64,000 nucleotides of DNA, taken from the NCBI RefSeq assembly GCF_009834535.1, contig NC_045697.1, forward strand, positions 34,846,001 through 34,910,000, read 5' to 3'. The translations under genes and the position numbers were made by a program. Of this stretch, positions 39,886-54,860 are shown piece by piece; within the stretch, counting starts at the first letter, position 1; each line of letters opens with the position of its first letter. The notes below the pieces were generated by a model. That model did not search any database. It had not been told where the DNA came from and saw only the letters and a program-made list of their open reading frames with translations. The DNA is from Camelus ferus. Its lineage: Eukaryota.

Positions 39886-42611
39886 GCCTTAAAGCATACT
39901 TACGGTATGGTGTCTACTTAACCAGAAATATTTAGTGCTGTATTTCAGGAATAAGTATCTTATTCTAGTAACATTGCTCCATTTGCATTTTTAAGTCATA
40001 AAATAGTAATATTTTGAAAATGAGAGAAAACTAAAGTGGTTGTATTTTTTTTGTTGTTTTTCTGTTTTTTTTTTTTTTTTTTTTATACAAACCTAGACAC
40101 TGAGAGTCAAGGGAGTGCTGCAATGCCAAACAACAGGTTTAAATGAGAACTTCCCTGGGCAAACTGGGATGAACGGTCACCCTAGAAGTAATCATCAAAT
40201 ATTTATTGAATATCTGCTATGAGTAGAGCACTATGTTAAGATGATAAGGAGTAGCTGTAAGGACTGTGGCAATTGGAAAGCCTCATGAAAAAGGAAGGTC
40301 TTGAATTGGTCTTGAAGTATGGCTTGGGTTAGACAAGGAAAATGGAAAGGAAATTATTTTTCCCCCATGATAAAAAGAACTATAATCAAAGGTGTCTGTA
40401 GTTTAACTGTCTATGCATGAAGTAAACATTTATTTGGCCGGTTTGGCCCAACAGGAGGGTTTTTGTTTTTACTGGAGTACTTGGGAGAGAAGATCAAAGG
40501 ACGTGGTTTTGAATTGGATAACACAGGATCTTGAATATTAGGCTGGGAACTATATCCAGTGGGAAAGTTTCTGAGCTCTAAAACAATGTTTATTCTGACC
40601 TGTGTTTTAGAGAGTTTAAGTGGTAGAGGATAGAGGATAGACTGAAAGGTTGAAAATCAGGTAGGTATGGGGAAACCTGTTTAATGAATCAGTAGGTTGT
40701 GTTGATTGAATATATGAAGAGAGAAAACAGAGTTAGTATAAAATGTTTTCATTTGTTGACTGGAAAAAATAATGGTGCCATTTTAAGTTTGTTTGGGGAT
40801 ATTTGATTTTGAGAGGATGTCTATAGTAAGCACAGCTCCGTGACTGACACCCAAGAGAAAGACTAGGACTAAAACTATTAGAACATCTTGTATGTTCAAA
40901 CAATAATGGTTGGTTATGATGAAACAAAAAAAAAGACTTATTCAAATTTAAAAAAGTTTCTCGTAAACAGAATAAACTGTAGTAGGAGCAAATACATAGT
41001 TGTATCTTGTGAGACAGCAGTTGATAAAATAGCCAAAATCATATGATATAGAAAGTGTGTGAAGAGCTTATTTGTTCCATTTATAATGTGTATTTTCAGA
41101 CCTTCATGTCATCACTTCTAGCTTTGGTAATGCAACTTTAGTAAGTGTTACGGAAAAAACTAATAGGAAAGAGAAGAAAGTTAAGGGACTGGAAAATAGA
41201 TTAAATTAAGCCTCTTAAAGACACTGGGATGATTTCATTACTGTCACTTGGGAGAGATCCTGGTTAGTTGTCATGGGTATTTTGAAGAAACAAATAGAGT
41301 AGAAATGGATATGGATTAAAATAAGAAAAATTTAGTTCTTCTTGTCTTACAACTGGGGTAACCAAATGCTGTAGTCAAGAATAACTGTAAAATTTCCATG
41401 AGTGTAATTTTTCAGGAAAAAGTACAGTGCTTTGTTGTGAATTCTTCATAGTTATTTTCTTCATTCATTCTGTGATATGGTGTTCCTTTTCTGTTATGTG
41501 CCAGGCAGTTTTCTTTGGGGGTGAGGATGGGGCATAAGACATGATATGAAATATTCTTGTTCCTGCCCCTGAGGTGCTTGGAGTTCTACATAAGAGAGAG
41601 TGAAATAATTACATATTAATTGTATACACACACAACAACTACAGATTCTAACAGTGGAGCCTAGATTGGTTTTCTCTTCAGGACAATACCGAATTGTCCA
41701 AATTATCTAAAAATACTTTCCCCCATTCCCCCAAATGTATTTTATACAGTCTAACTATCTCAGTATATAGTACACTTTAATAATAAGGAATTCACATACC
41801 TGTTCTTACGTTTCTTTCCATATAACTGAAAAGAAAAAGAGAAGAGACTGTCTGGACTGGTCTTAATATTAACTTTAGTTCCATAAGCTGAGTATAGTGT
41901 AGTATTCTCTCTTCCTACTCTGGCATATAACACAAAGATAACACCAAATTCTCTTTAGCACTTCAATTACCTGATATTTTAGGCTAGCCTATTGTTGAGG
42001 TTAAATACCTGTATTGAATATGTGTGTATTTAAATACAAGTGTTTAGATTTCTTCTGTTCTTACTAGGTTCATATTTTCACATAGTGGACAAAATATTTT
42101 AATTCTATAAAAATCCAGGAAACTAATTTCAGAACCTTTCAGAATACTGCAAATAGAAAATTCTCTGGGAGGACAGTTTAATCTTTATTACATTGATAAA
42201 CCTTTGTTAACAGTGTTTAGTGGATTCTAACTTCATGCTTTTGCATATTTTCTCAAGTATTTTTACAGAAATCTCAACACTAAGAAATATACATATTAAT
42301 TTTAAAAACCTAAGCTTAGTTGAAAGTCAGTATGCATTATTATTATTTGGGATTTGAAGGATATATTTGCTAAATGTTATGGCTTTTTAGCCATAAGAAC
42401 CATGGTTTCTATAGCTAAGATCCTTTTTAAGGCATTTCACAGATAAAGTTAGCCATTAACAAGCAAGATACTCTAAGAGAATTAGTATGGAATACATACA
42501 CATATTTCATATAATACATGTTTTTGTATGTGTATATACCTGTGTGTGTGTCTGAGATATAGATACAGAATGACAGATACAGAAATGAAAATGGGAAGCA
42601 TAAAGTGAGAT

Positions 42612-42638
<27 letters not shown>
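42612..42638. repeat. (CA)n microsatellite, about 13 units
   Basis: Direct reading of an uninterrupted acacacac... run. Confidence 0.95.
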
Positions 42639-42642
<4 letters not shown>

Positions 42643-43105
42643 AATCCATGTATTCTGTGGACTAAAAATTCTGCTATCAGTAGTATTTGCTATTGATGCA
42701 ATTGTGGCTGGACAGATAAGTATTAGTATACATTAAGACTGTCTCCTGCTTTGTGGCTATTGCCACAATTTGCAGAGTCTGGTATAGTTTGAGTCTTCCA
42801 GTTTTCCTGATGTCTTTTCTCAAAAAGAAACAACCCGTTTTCTGATTGATACGCTCCCAGTTGATCTCACTGTGACTATTGTTTCCCAGCAGTACATGGT
42901 TATGCCTCAACACTAGATGTTTGTCTTTTTAAAGAAGTCATTTCCAGCCCCAGTTTTGTGGCGTCCCAAGGAATATCAAAATTGTTTTGATTTTCTTAAA
43001 ATTAAAAAATAATACATGCCATATCAAAATGAGAATCAAGAGAGTTGTGAAATGAAAATGGAAGCATAAAGTGTCATTGTCTAAAAGTTTGGGATTTACT
43101 ACTTT

Positions 43106-43189
43106 TTTTTTTAACTTTTTAATTGAGTTATAGTCAGTTTACAATGTTGTGTCAGTTTCTGGTGTACAGCAAAATTTTTCTATCATACT
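43106..43189 (-). mobile_element. Very short 5'-truncated L1 3' end (about 84 bp)
   Basis: Poly(T), then aattgagttatagtcagtttacaatgttgtgtc; 14-bp TSD ggatttactacttt at 43092-43105 and 43190-43203. Confidence 0.82.
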
Positions 43190-43636
43190 GGATTTACTAC
43201 TTTAAAACTCTTCAGTCTGTTCTGCTTGCTCTGTCCCGTTTTTTTTGTTTTGTTTTTTTTTTTTTTTTGGTTCACTATGTTGTGTTCTGCTGTTGTACCA
43301 GCAATTTATATCTGTATCCTATCCTGCAGTTAATGTCACTTCAGTGCTTGTAAACTGTTCTAAGACTTTATTAATGAATTTGCTTTGCTAAGGATTTACT
43401 ACTGTTATTTATTACTAAGATTTCAAAAAGACTTGCTGTATATGAACTGAAGATATTTTTCTTCAATTGAGTTGTGATTTTTTGTTTGCAATAGTGGAAT
43501 TGATTACAACTTTATATTTAATGGTTCATAGAGCTCAGGAGAGAGCAGGGAACAGCAGGAGGTCCTTAGAATGATTACTGTATTGAAGTCTTTAATTCCA
43601 GGATCTTTTGCATTCTTTTTAAACAATGGTATTAAG

Positions 43637-43870
43637 CAGCAAAGTATAGTAGTGAAGAGTTTAGGTTCTGGAGCAATCCTAATTTTGCCACTTAACAGCT
43701 GTGTCACCTTGGGCAAGTCATTTATCTCACTGTGCCTAAGTGACCTCATCTGTAAAACAGGGATTATAAAAGTACCTATGTATCTCATAAGATTATTGTG
43801 AAGATTGAAAGAGTTAGTATATTTAAAATACTGAAATCATGCTTGGCATGTAATAAGCATTTGATAAAAT
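43637..43870 (+). mobile_element. MIR
   Basis: agctgtgtcaccttgggcaagtcattta..ctgtgcct..cctcatctgtaaaacagggat. Confidence 0.85.
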
Positions 43871-44844
43871 TGATAATATTATCATTTCACATTGACTAAG
43901 AAAGCTTGTTAAATCATTGTAAAGCAATGTATACTAATAGTTTAAAATTATTTAATTATATTTATACATGGATAAGACCGAAGATACTTCTATTAATGAA
44001 ACTTTAAAAAATACAAAATTACAGGAATAAAATTACAATCTCAAAATGGCCACTTTGATCTTACTTTGTTATGTTTCCTTTATCTTTTTTCATACATATT
44101 TTTAAAAACATTGTAATCATGGTTGCTTTGTTCAGTGTTCATTCAGACACAAGTATTTAATAGTCTGTAAATGCCAATTACTGTGCCAGGGAATATATAT
44201 TGAGGTTTGTGAAGACAAAGGCTCTATTCTTTTGCCTTGGATATGCCTTATTAAACAGAGAAAGGTGATTTTGAGATATTAAAATCTGATTTTCCTTGGC
44301 CTGTAAAAGATTTTACACCAATCTAAAGAAATTTATTTCAGTAACAATTTTAATATAACTTATTTTTACTTTAAATAAAGTTAAATCTTTACTGTTCTTA
44401 GCTTCCCTAGTTTACTTTTAGCTGACTGCGACATGAAAAGTGACTACTGTGGTTACCATAAATTCAGCAAATTATCTCCTGTCTCTCATCTTATCTCCAT
44501 CTTTTAATGAATTTAACCAATTTTTAGAATTGGTAGGGGGAGGGAGGTTGTTATCACTCCTTACATTTATACATTTCTATATTAATTACTAAAGTTACTT
44601 TTAAAGAATAGATTATATTCTTAGTTCTTTTTATTACTAGTCATAAGGTATGTGAGACATATGGGACAAAATATGATTTGTTATGGTTCAGTTTCCTTTT
44701 AATATTCATACTCTTAATTACATCTTTACTAGTCCTCACAGTATTTAACAGTATACATAAATTACATTTAATGTTTAATTCCTTTGTAATGACTGTTCTA
44801 TAGGAAGAAGCAGTATCTTGAAAGGCCAATTATTTCTAATAGAT

Positions 44845-45210
44845 TTTTTTTAAAACAGCTTTATTGAGATAGAATTTACATTCATAAAATTCATCTGTTT
44901 TTAGTATTGAGTGATTTCTAGTATATCTGGAATAGTACAACCATGACCATAATCTTGGTTTAGAATATTTTCAGTATCCCCAAAAGAAACCTTGTGCCAT
45001 AAGCAGTCACTTCTCATTTCTCTTCTTCCCACCCCCTCTCCCATCCCTGGGCAACCACTAATCTACTTTCTGTCTCATATTTGCCTATTCTAGACATTCC
45101 ACATGAATGGTATCATGCAGTATGTGGTCTTTTGTGGCTGGTTTTTTTTTTTTTTTTTACTTAGCTTCATGTTTTTGAGGTTCACCCATATTGCAGCATT
45201 TTTATTGCCC
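44845..45210 (-). mobile_element. L1 3' end fragment
   Basis: aacagctttattgagata; ggcaaccactaatctactttctgtctc; gcagtatgtggtcttttgtggctgg. Confidence 0.8.
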
Positions 45211-45399
45211 CTAATATATTTTTTAAATGTTTGTTTTCAACTTATAAATACCAACTTAAAAACTTCAAACAGGACAAAAAATGAATAAGGTAAGTTTCTT
45301 GTAATTAAAAGAGGGTTAGAGGTAGAATTTCCTTTTTGATGGGGCATATGTAAGTGGCTACAAGAATGCTTTATTAGAAAACCTTGCTTTACCGTGTAG

Positions 45400-45875
45400 T
45401 ACATAGTTGGGGCACCTAATATAGTCTTATGACAGGTACTTAAGAAAGGTTTCCCTAAAGAAGTGACATTGAAGCTGAGACTCAGTAGAAAGTAGAATGG
45501 GCTGGCTGAATTTGACAGGGGAGGCTAAGGTAAGCAAGAGTGGAACTGAATTTGTTTAAGGCAAGGTGGGCAGCATGCACAAATGACCTAGAAGCAGAAG
45601 TGCTGGGTTTCCAGGAATAGAAATTAGTACCATATGGCTGTTATTTAGATTTGAGTGGTGAAGGAGGGTGAGAAATGTAGCTAAAAAAAAAAGTACTGTA
45701 ACAGTTAGATCATTGCTGTGTCTTAAGGGCCGTGGGGGCTGTGTTTTGGAAAAGACCATCCTAAGGGCAAAAGGCAACTGACATATAATTTTTAGCAGAG
45801 GAATATTGTTAATAGATACATATTTTAGAAAACAAATGGGCTGCAGTATATAGAATGGTTTGGAAGGGAGCAAGA
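45400..45875 (-). mobile_element. L2 fragment
   Basis: gaagtgacattgaagctgagactc; cagcatgcacaaatgaccta; cctaagggcaaaaggcaactg. Confidence 0.55.
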
Positions 45876-45904
45876 TCAGAGATTTTGAAATTTAAAAACA
45901 AAAG

Positions 45905-48340
45905 ATTTTTTTTCAAAATTCTTTCGGCAATTTTTTATCTTTACATTTTCATTTAACTTTTAGAATCAAATTGTCAGTTTCTATAAAAATGCCTTCTGAG
46001 ATTTCTTAGGGATTGTATTAATTATGTTGATCAACTTGAAAGAATTGACATTTTAACAATATCAAGTCTTGAAATCTGTGAACAAGTTACCTCTCTCCAT
46101 TTATTTAAATCTCCTTTAATTTCTCTCAGCAATGTTTTATCATTTTCAATATACAAATCTTGTATTTAATTTGTTATCTTGTACCTCATTTATTAAATTT
46201 ATTCCTAAATTGATGCTATTGTGAATGGAATTGTTATATTTATTTCATATTTGAATTGTTCATTGATAATATATAGAAACACAGTTGTTTTTTTTGTTGT
46301 TTTTTTTTTTTTTGCATGTTGATTTTATATCCTGTGACCTTGCACTTAAGTCTAGTTGATTTTTGATAGATTCCTACAAAGGATTTCCTATGTACAGGGT
46401 CATTGTCTGTGAATAAAGACAATTTTACTTCTTTCTTTCTAATATGGATGCCTTTAATACATTTTTCTTGCCTTATTGTGCTGGCGTTGTACTGACTGGA
46501 CACTCCACTACTGCATGGCATAGAAGTGGTGAGAGTGTACATCCCTTAACGTTGTGCCCAGTCTTAGGAGAAGCATTCAGTCTTTCATCATTAGATCTAT
46601 TTTTATGAAAGAGTTTGTAAGATTGGCATTATTTTTCCTTAGTACTGATAAAATTAGTAAGTAAAGGCATCTTCACCTGGGCTCTCCTTTGCAGGAAGAT
46701 TTCTAATTACTAATTCAATTTTTTTTTAAATAAATCTCTTCAGAGGCTCTTTTCTTCTAGAGTCTCACTTGATAACTTGTATCTTTCTAGGAATTTGTCT
46801 ATCCTATCTGTTGGGATAAAGTTGTTGATAATATTCCCTTACAATTCTTTTAATATTGGTAGTGTTTATAGCAACACTCACCCTTTCTTTCTGGTTTTGG
46901 TAATTCATGTGTTCTTTTTCTAGGTAAATCTGACTAAAGATTTACATTCTTTTTTTTTTTTTTTTAATCTTTTCAAAGAACCAACTTCAGTTTCTTTTTT
47001 CTCTTTCTCTTTTTTAATTTCATTGATTTCTACCAATATTTTTCATTTGGGTTTAATTTGCTCTTTTTTTTTTTTTTTTTTTAAATGCTTAGACTGTTGA
47101 TTTGAGATTTCTTTACTGATAGGAGGTTAAAATTATAAAATTTCCCCCAAGTTCTTCATTAGCTTCATCACATAGTTACCAGTACTATGCTATATTGTTT
47201 TTCTCTAGTTTAGGATGTTTTCTTGTGATGTATTCTTTGACCTGTGGTTATTTATAAGTATGTTATTTAATTTCCAGATATTTGGGATTTACTAAATTCC
47301 TTTTTGTTGTTGATTTCTAATTTAACTCCACTGTGGTCAGAGAACAGACTTTGAAGATTTTCAATTTTTTTAAATTCAAAAAGATTTTTTAATGGTCTAG
47401 TTGATGGACTGTCCTGGAGAATGTTCTTTGTGCACTTAAGAATGTATTCTGTTGTTTTTGGGTGGATCGTCCCATGAATGTCAGTTAACTAATGTTGATA
47501 ATGTTGTTCAAGTCTTCTATATCCTTACTGATTTTCCCTGTAGTTCTTTTTTTAGTTATTCATGAGGAGCTGTTGAAAAAACTCCAAAATTTCTGTATTT
47601 TTTCCTTTGAATTCTATTACCGATACTGAATGTTTAATTGTTATATCTTCCTAATGATATGGTATATCTCTCTTCTGTAGTAGTAATATTTCATAAACTT
47701 CAGCTCTCTTATGGTTCCTATTTTCCCATTCTTTTACTTTCAACCTGTTTGTGACTTTGAATCTAAGTTGTTTCTTTTGTAGACAATATACATTTGGTCT
47801 TTTTTTTTTCCATTCAGTCTGACCATCTCTGTCTTTTGAGTTAGGGCCCTCAGTCTATTTTAACATTTAATGTAATTATTGGTATGGTTGGGTTTATGTC
47901 TGCCATTTTGCTGTTTGTTATCAGTGTGACTCAATTGTTTCTGTTCTTTACCCCTCCTTTAACTGTATTTTTGGTATGATGATTTCCATTCGTATCCTGG
48001 ACATTATAGGTATTATGTTTGTGAGACTCATAAATCATTTCTTCTTTTTTCAGTTAATCACCTTGTTAAGGTGTAGTGCATGGACCTGAATAGGAGTGGA
48101 TGTTCGGCTCCCTGCCAGGCCCTGCTGACACCACCTTGGCAAAAGTAGAGCACTGGCTCACACCGCCTCCTTTCAAATGGATGGGGTGCAAAAATCAGCT
48201 CCCTGTTGGGCCCTACTGACACAGGGAGAGTGGGGAAAAGGGAGACAAGGTGCTCCATTTCCCATTGCCTCCTTCTGTTGTGTTGGTGCTTGGTGTAGAG
48301 GTGGAGGTTCTGTTCCTCCAGTGGGCCTCTATGACTTAAC
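45905..48340 (-). mobile_element. Long decayed L1 (ORF2 region plus possible 5' region), antisense in intron 1
   Basis: tagaatcaaattgtcagtttcta; gatgctattgtgaatggaatt; aagaaccaactt; ttgatttctaatttaactccactgtggtcagagaaca. The assignment of the GC-richer 48060-48340 part is less certain. Confidence 0.75.
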
Positions 48341-50444
48341 TGGAAACATATTACCCTATTTCTGCTAAAATTTTCTTGACAAGTAAAAATTTGACAATCT
48401 CAACCTGTTTTTAAGTTACTAAACTGGCTGTGTCCATCAGAACTAAGTCCCTCTTGATTAAACCATAAATTATTTAAGAAATTCAAAAGTGTCAGTGAAA
48501 AACTGTGTAGGCAAATAGTTATTTTGAAGAAGTCTATGTGTTTGTAAGAGATGAGCAAAGGAGATAATATGCACGGTTATTGCAACTATTTTTGTTTGGG
48601 ATTCTTTTGAGGGTTTTTTTTTTTTTAAATTCAGGGGCTGAAATCACCTTGGTTTTGCTAAAGGAGCATCTACTTACATGCTACAGTCCAGGTCATGTAT
48701 TCTCTGGCAGATTTAGAAGTCTTGTGAAATGTCAACCAAAGAATCCCTGACTGATGAGTAGTTTGCTGCCAATATCATATGGGCCAGAGCCCTCCATTTT
48801 TAGTGATCATTTTTAGTGATGGGGCACTGAAATAAGAGAATGGAGTAATAGAAGATAGTTGGCACATGCAAGGGTTATGAAATCAGTTTCCCCCTTTTCA
48901 TCATTCTAGGAATGGACAGTTTGCTACTTTACCTTTTATCTGTTAATGGAAGGAAAGAACATTGTCTTTTGCCAGTAAGGGAAGTAAATGTAGGATTTGT
49001 TGATCTACTTTTGCTTCGTGTCCTTTTCATGTAGATGAATCATACAATGTGTGTTTTTTTTGTGTCTCTGGCTTCTTTCACTCAGCATGTTTTTGAGGTT
49101 CACTCATGTTCCTTTCACTTTTTAAAATGAGTTTTATAGCTAATAGTGGAGGAACATAGTAGGTACATGTGAGTCGTGTGGGCAAATTGTCTGAAACCAG
49201 TCAGTGTAGAGAAGAGTTACATATTGAAAGAGTGGTGATAATATCATAAAGTCATCTTGTTAATGTTTGTTATTCATCTATAGAGGTTTTGTTTGCTAAA
49301 TATTTACTAACAGAATATCAGTATATGATAGTTATCACAATTAAAGTGTGGGTGCTGAGGTAGAAATTTGTTATGGAACATTTGTGCTATTTAAGCTAGA
49401 AAGAGAATGAACTATGTTGGTTTCATTTTTATTTTGAATTGTTAATAAGATACTTCATTACTTTTTCCAAATGAATATAGATTGTGGACTAGAGAAATGA
49501 TTGTTTACCTTATTAGTCTTTCTTGATTATATGATCAGAGCTAATCTATGTGAGTGACAGACCTAAGTTATAGATAGGGGAGATGAGAGAATGGGTGGAA
49601 AATGTACATATTTCCACTAGAAAGTAGTTTATCAATTCCAGTACTATAGAGATATATTTAAATATTTACACCGAAACATACTTCATTTTATTGCCCTAAC
49701 TTGATTAACATAAAGTGTGAAGTAATTAACTCCTTGCCTTATTGAGACAATTAACTATGTAAATATATCAAAGCAAACTTTTGTCTGCTTCATAGAATTC
49801 CCTCAAAGTGTCTTAATTTGAAAACTACTCTGATTAGAATTCAAATGACTTCACATTTTTCATGGGGAGTCACATTTGAAATAAGTTAATATCAATTGAT
49901 ATAATCTGAACTAATCTGAGGAAAAACAAATGAAGTAAGAAATTTAAGTATACCTCTCTCCTATCTTTTTACCTTTTTGTTTTCATGTACCTTCCCCAGG
50001 AGCTTATAAAATACTTTTCCTTTATTTTTTACTCAGACTGAAGTAATTTAGTAAATTGATTCATGTTGTTATTCAGGATTTTTTAAAGTATTGCTTTTCT
50101 CTGACATATTATTTGAAAAGGGCTGCAGAGTGGGTACTGATTAACTAAAAGGGGTGAATTACTAATGGTATATTTTTGTGTGGTTTATGGTAGGAAGGGA
50201 ACTGGGGAGTTGGAAAGCAAGGTATTTATTGTCTGCATTCTGCCTCCTAGACGAGACTTGATATGATTATATTGGGGAGTTAATCAAGATCTATTGAAAA
50301 CAGAATAAACTATTTTAAAGACATGTTTCATCATAGTTTTTGGAAGAGAGTAAAAGAGAAAAATAAGACATTTTAGGACTGGACAGTTGGTCTCATTTGG
50401 GTTCATTTAATAGTTGAGATTTGGTTTTATATTGATGATTATAG

Positions 50445-50969
<525 letters not shown>

Positions 50970-51154
50970 TAGCTTCATCCTCAAAAATAATATCCAAAAA
51001 ATAATAGGTGTTTATGTGGTAACTTTTTTGCTAATGCAAGCTAAAACAAATAACTATTAAAGTTTTCTCTGGTATCATCTAAAATCATCTCACCAGCCCC
51101 AGGGAAATTTTGATGTGGTAGAAGGATACAGGTTGAGAAACAAAAAGACCTCAT

Positions 51155-51325
51155 TCTCACTGTATCACTTGGTTGCTGTGAGACTCTCTGCAAATTATTT
51201 AACTCCTGTGAGCTTAGTTGTCTCATGCGAATGAGCACTGTAAGGTTATTTTAAGGATTAAACGATAATGTTTATGAAAGAGCCTAGCATGTTTTTCTGG
51301 CTCATACAGTGCTTAGTAAATGTAT
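51155..51325 (+). mobile_element. MIR
   Basis: gcaaattatttaactcctgtgagcttagtt; aaggattaaacgataatg; gtgcttagtaaatg. Confidence 0.65.
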
Positions 51326-52130
51326 TCATTTCCCCTTCTTGTTGTCTTTGTTGGGTTTTTTTTTTTTTAAACTTGGAATTTTAGGTTTAAATTGCTTTTG
51401 TGCTCTGTTTAATAGCATTCACAAACCTGACATAATGTATGTGTCACTATTTATGGCATTGAATGTAGCATGCTAGTGTGTTAGAAATGTAGAAAAAATA
51501 TTATTGACTCTTTCTTGGAATTACTCTCAATGTTTTAAGAATATCAGTTTCCTAGAATACTCATGTAGTAAAACATTAATGCATGATTTGTAATCCTAAA
51601 TAGGTTTTTTGTTTTGTTTTGTTTTTTGCTCTGTGTTTACTTGGCAGCTATATGCTTATAATTGTTTATTTTGGCTTTATTATTGAAATATGTGCTCTCT
51701 TGTTAGTAAGCTGTAAATGGTCAGGAGAGTCAGGGGGAGCCTACACAGTTAAACTGGCTGTAGTTTATAGTTAAAGTATAGTTCCTTTGGCTATGAGGAG
51801 AATGATTATTATAAGAAAATAATACATGGGATGGGCATAGCTGAGAAAACCAAAGCTGTTGCACTTCAGAAATAGCAACTGGAGTGAGTAGCTTTTTGCT
51901 TTATTATAACAAAGGTATTGAAGATAGAAAGAGTGTGTTAAGAGAAGCTATTACTCTTGAACCAAAACTAGGTATAATCAAGTATTGGATCTGCTTAACA
52001 ATGTTTAGATTTTACAGCTGTATGCACAGAGCGATAGTTATAATTGTAAATATAATATATTTAAAGGAAAAAATAATTTGGCTATTACAAGTTTGAACTT
52101 TGTAGTCCTAAACTTCCTTTTTCCCATATT

Positions 52131-52229
52131 GGAGGGGAGATTGTTGTTTTTTGCTTTGTTTTGTTTTTTAAATGGAGGTACTGGGGATTGAACCCAGGAC
52201 CTTGTGCATGCTAAGCATGTGCTCTACCC
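52131..52229 (-). mobile_element. tRNA-derived SINE (Vic-1-like), 5' end missing
   Basis: atggaggtactggggattgaacccaggaccttgtgcatgctaagcatgtgctctacc; the A-box end is absent. Confidence 0.83.
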
Positions 52230-52764
52230 AGCCCCAACACCATCCCCAGTTTGTTTTTCAAATGTATTTTATGATAAGGCAAAGCTTCCTAGGAACTTAG
52301 CTTTTGTATTCTAGCAGAACCATTCTGCTCCATCACATTCAGCTTCTCTGCAGTGTCCTGCCATGTGTTCCTAAGATGTTCTTCTCTTGTTTTATTATGA
52401 TAGTGCATTATCTTTTTTACCCTGCCTTACTCTCACTGTGGTTTTCTTTTCACTCTTTCAAAGTTCTCCCTTCTCTGCCCTTTTTTTCTTTCTTTTGGTG
52501 GTAGGATTTATATAACATAGAATTTCCCACTTTAACCATTTAAAAATACACAATTTAGTGGCACATTAGATACATTCGCATTGGCATCCCCACTGTCTAT
52601 CTCCAGAACTTGTTTGCCATTCCATATACTAAAATTCTGTACCCATTAAACTTCCCATTCTTCCTGTCCCCCACCTAACCAGGTCTCTTTTGCCCTGTTT
52701 CTCTCTGTTTTGTTGATTTCATCCATTCATATGATGTCCATCTCTGTTCAAACTAATCTCCTTC

Positions 52765-53850
52765 ATGCATTTATTCAGTTAATGTTTAATAAGAGCCTGT
52801 TATGCATGAAGAATTGGGGAAAGGGTTGCTGATACATGATGAAGAAAGACTGACACTGTACCTTCACTCATGGAGTTTATCATCTAGTAGGGAAAACATT
52901 AGTACAAATAATTTTTATAACCGGTGATACGTAATAAAAGAATGGTATACAGTGCTTTGAGCTTGGAGAAACAGGAATTTTGCCTCAGGGAGTAACGTTT
53001 GGCCTGAGTCATAAAGATTCAGGGAAATTTAAGTGGGCTAAAGGGCAAGGTGAAGGAGGGAATAGAGTGTTTCAGATGGAGAGAACAGCATGTGCAGAGG
53101 CTCTGTGGGAGCATGTGGGAAGGAGCCTGGCACACATGAGGAACTGGAACAAGCCAGGGTGGCTGGAGACTAGGGAAGGAGAGAGAGGAGATAAGGCCGA
53201 AAGGTATGCAGGAGCCGGACTCTGCAAGGCCTTAGAAACCATGTTAAAGGTCTTGGACTTTATTCTAAAAGCAATGGGAAGATATTGAAGGGTTTTATTC
53301 TAGGGATAGTGTGTGGAGGCAGGAAGAAATGATAGGATTTGCATTTTGATAAGGTTTTATGCATAGCTGTAGATTGGAGAGGGCCAAAAGTGAATGCAGG
53401 ATGCTTTCGAGAGGGATTGATGATGATAGTTAGACCGTGTGTTGGGGGTTTAAGGGTCATAGTGGAGATGAGAAGGTGTGAAAGGAAGAGGGAGTGAACC
53501 AAATATGAGGGAATGAGGGAGAAGAAAGAAGCAGCAGTGATTTCTAGATTTTGACTTGTGTGATAGGATGAATGTTGTTGTCATTCTGAGATGGAGACCC
53601 CAGAAAGAGAATTTGTTTTAGCAGGAAAATCATGAGTTTGGATTTGTTGGCCCTGGGTGCATTTGCCATACCCTCAGGGGAGACATTAAATGGGCAGCTT
53701 ATATGGAACTGAAGCTCAGGAAAACTTAGACCTGGAGATAAAAGTAACAGGGATTTGGGGGAATATAAATAGTAGCTAATGTGGATATGAATGAGATTTC
53801 TCAGGAAAAAGAATATGGTTTAGAGTGAGAAAATAAAAGGGTTGAGGACT
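52765..53850 (-). mobile_element. L2 fragment
   Basis: cactcatggagtttatcatctagtaggg; acagcatgtgcagaggctctg; ggactttattctaaaagcaatgggaa. Confidence 0.75.
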
Positions 53851-54174
53851 TGAAGTGCTAATGATTAAATCAATAACCAAATAAAGAGAGACTGCCTCAA
53901 AGGAGATCAGAGTAAAGAGATAGGAAGGACTGAACATCCCCATTTCTGCTCAGGTTGATATATCTGAGATCATGCTACATACTACATGGTATGTTTAATG
54001 GTGTCTTGTCTCATGGTGAATGTGTATAAAACTATACATATTCCTGCACTATCCAGCTAAACAGAAAACCTGCATTTCTCCTCCCCAAGCCAGCGCTCTG
54101 CCTGGAGGCAAACCAGAAACTTCAGAACCATCTTGTTTTTTTCCCCTTAGTAGTCCTTTCATTTTCAGTGTCTA

Positions 54175-54260
54175 TCCTTTTCTTCTTCTTCTCCCTCTTC
54201 CTCCTCCTCCTCCTTTTCCCCCTCCCCCTCCTCCTTCTTCTTTTTTGTTACTTTTTTTTG
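54175..54260 (+). repeat. Polypyrimidine / (CCT)n low-complexity tract
   Basis: ccttttcttcttcttctccctcttcctcctcctcctcc...; this is the source of the poly-Pro ORF 54020-54265. Confidence 0.85.
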
Positions 54261-54319
54261 CCTAGTTCAGTTTGATCTATTTAACATCAGAATTTCCATC
54301 AGTCCCCCCCTCCCCCCAG

Positions 54320-54860
54320 CTGACTGGATCATTATCACTCTTGCTCAGAAGTCCCTGGTGGTTGTATCATTACTACTGAACAAAGCTTAAGGCTCCTGAG
54401 CATGTAGTGTTCCAGTCTTCCTGTGACCTGGCCCCAGTTAGTTTTCCCTGATTCCCTCACCATGTGCTTTACCTTTCTCGATTACTCACTCTTATTTCCT
54501 GGACATACTTTGTGTCTTCAAAATACTGCTTTTGTTTGTGTTATAAACACATATGAAAATACATACTTTTTCCACTTTCAGTGGGCTAACAAATTACTCC
54601 TCATCCTCTCAAGACTGCACCAGTGCCTCTCCTTCCAAAAAGCCTTACCTAGTTTCTCTCAGTTCTTATGAATTACTTCTGTCTCATCATTTCCACAACC
54701 CCTTTGCACCTTTATGATAGTATTCATTTCGTTTTGCCTTGAAATTGTCATTTTTTTGCCTATTCTACTTGGCTGTAAGCCTCTGGAGAAAAGGCACCAT
54801 GTCACATTTGTGTATTTATTCTACATAGTATTTTGTTCATGGTCATAAATACTGAATAAG
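54320..54860 (+). mobile_element. L2 fragment
   Basis: gatcattatcactcttgctcagaa; ctactcctcatcc-like segment; ctgtaagcctctggag...ggcaccatgtc. Confidence 0.55.
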
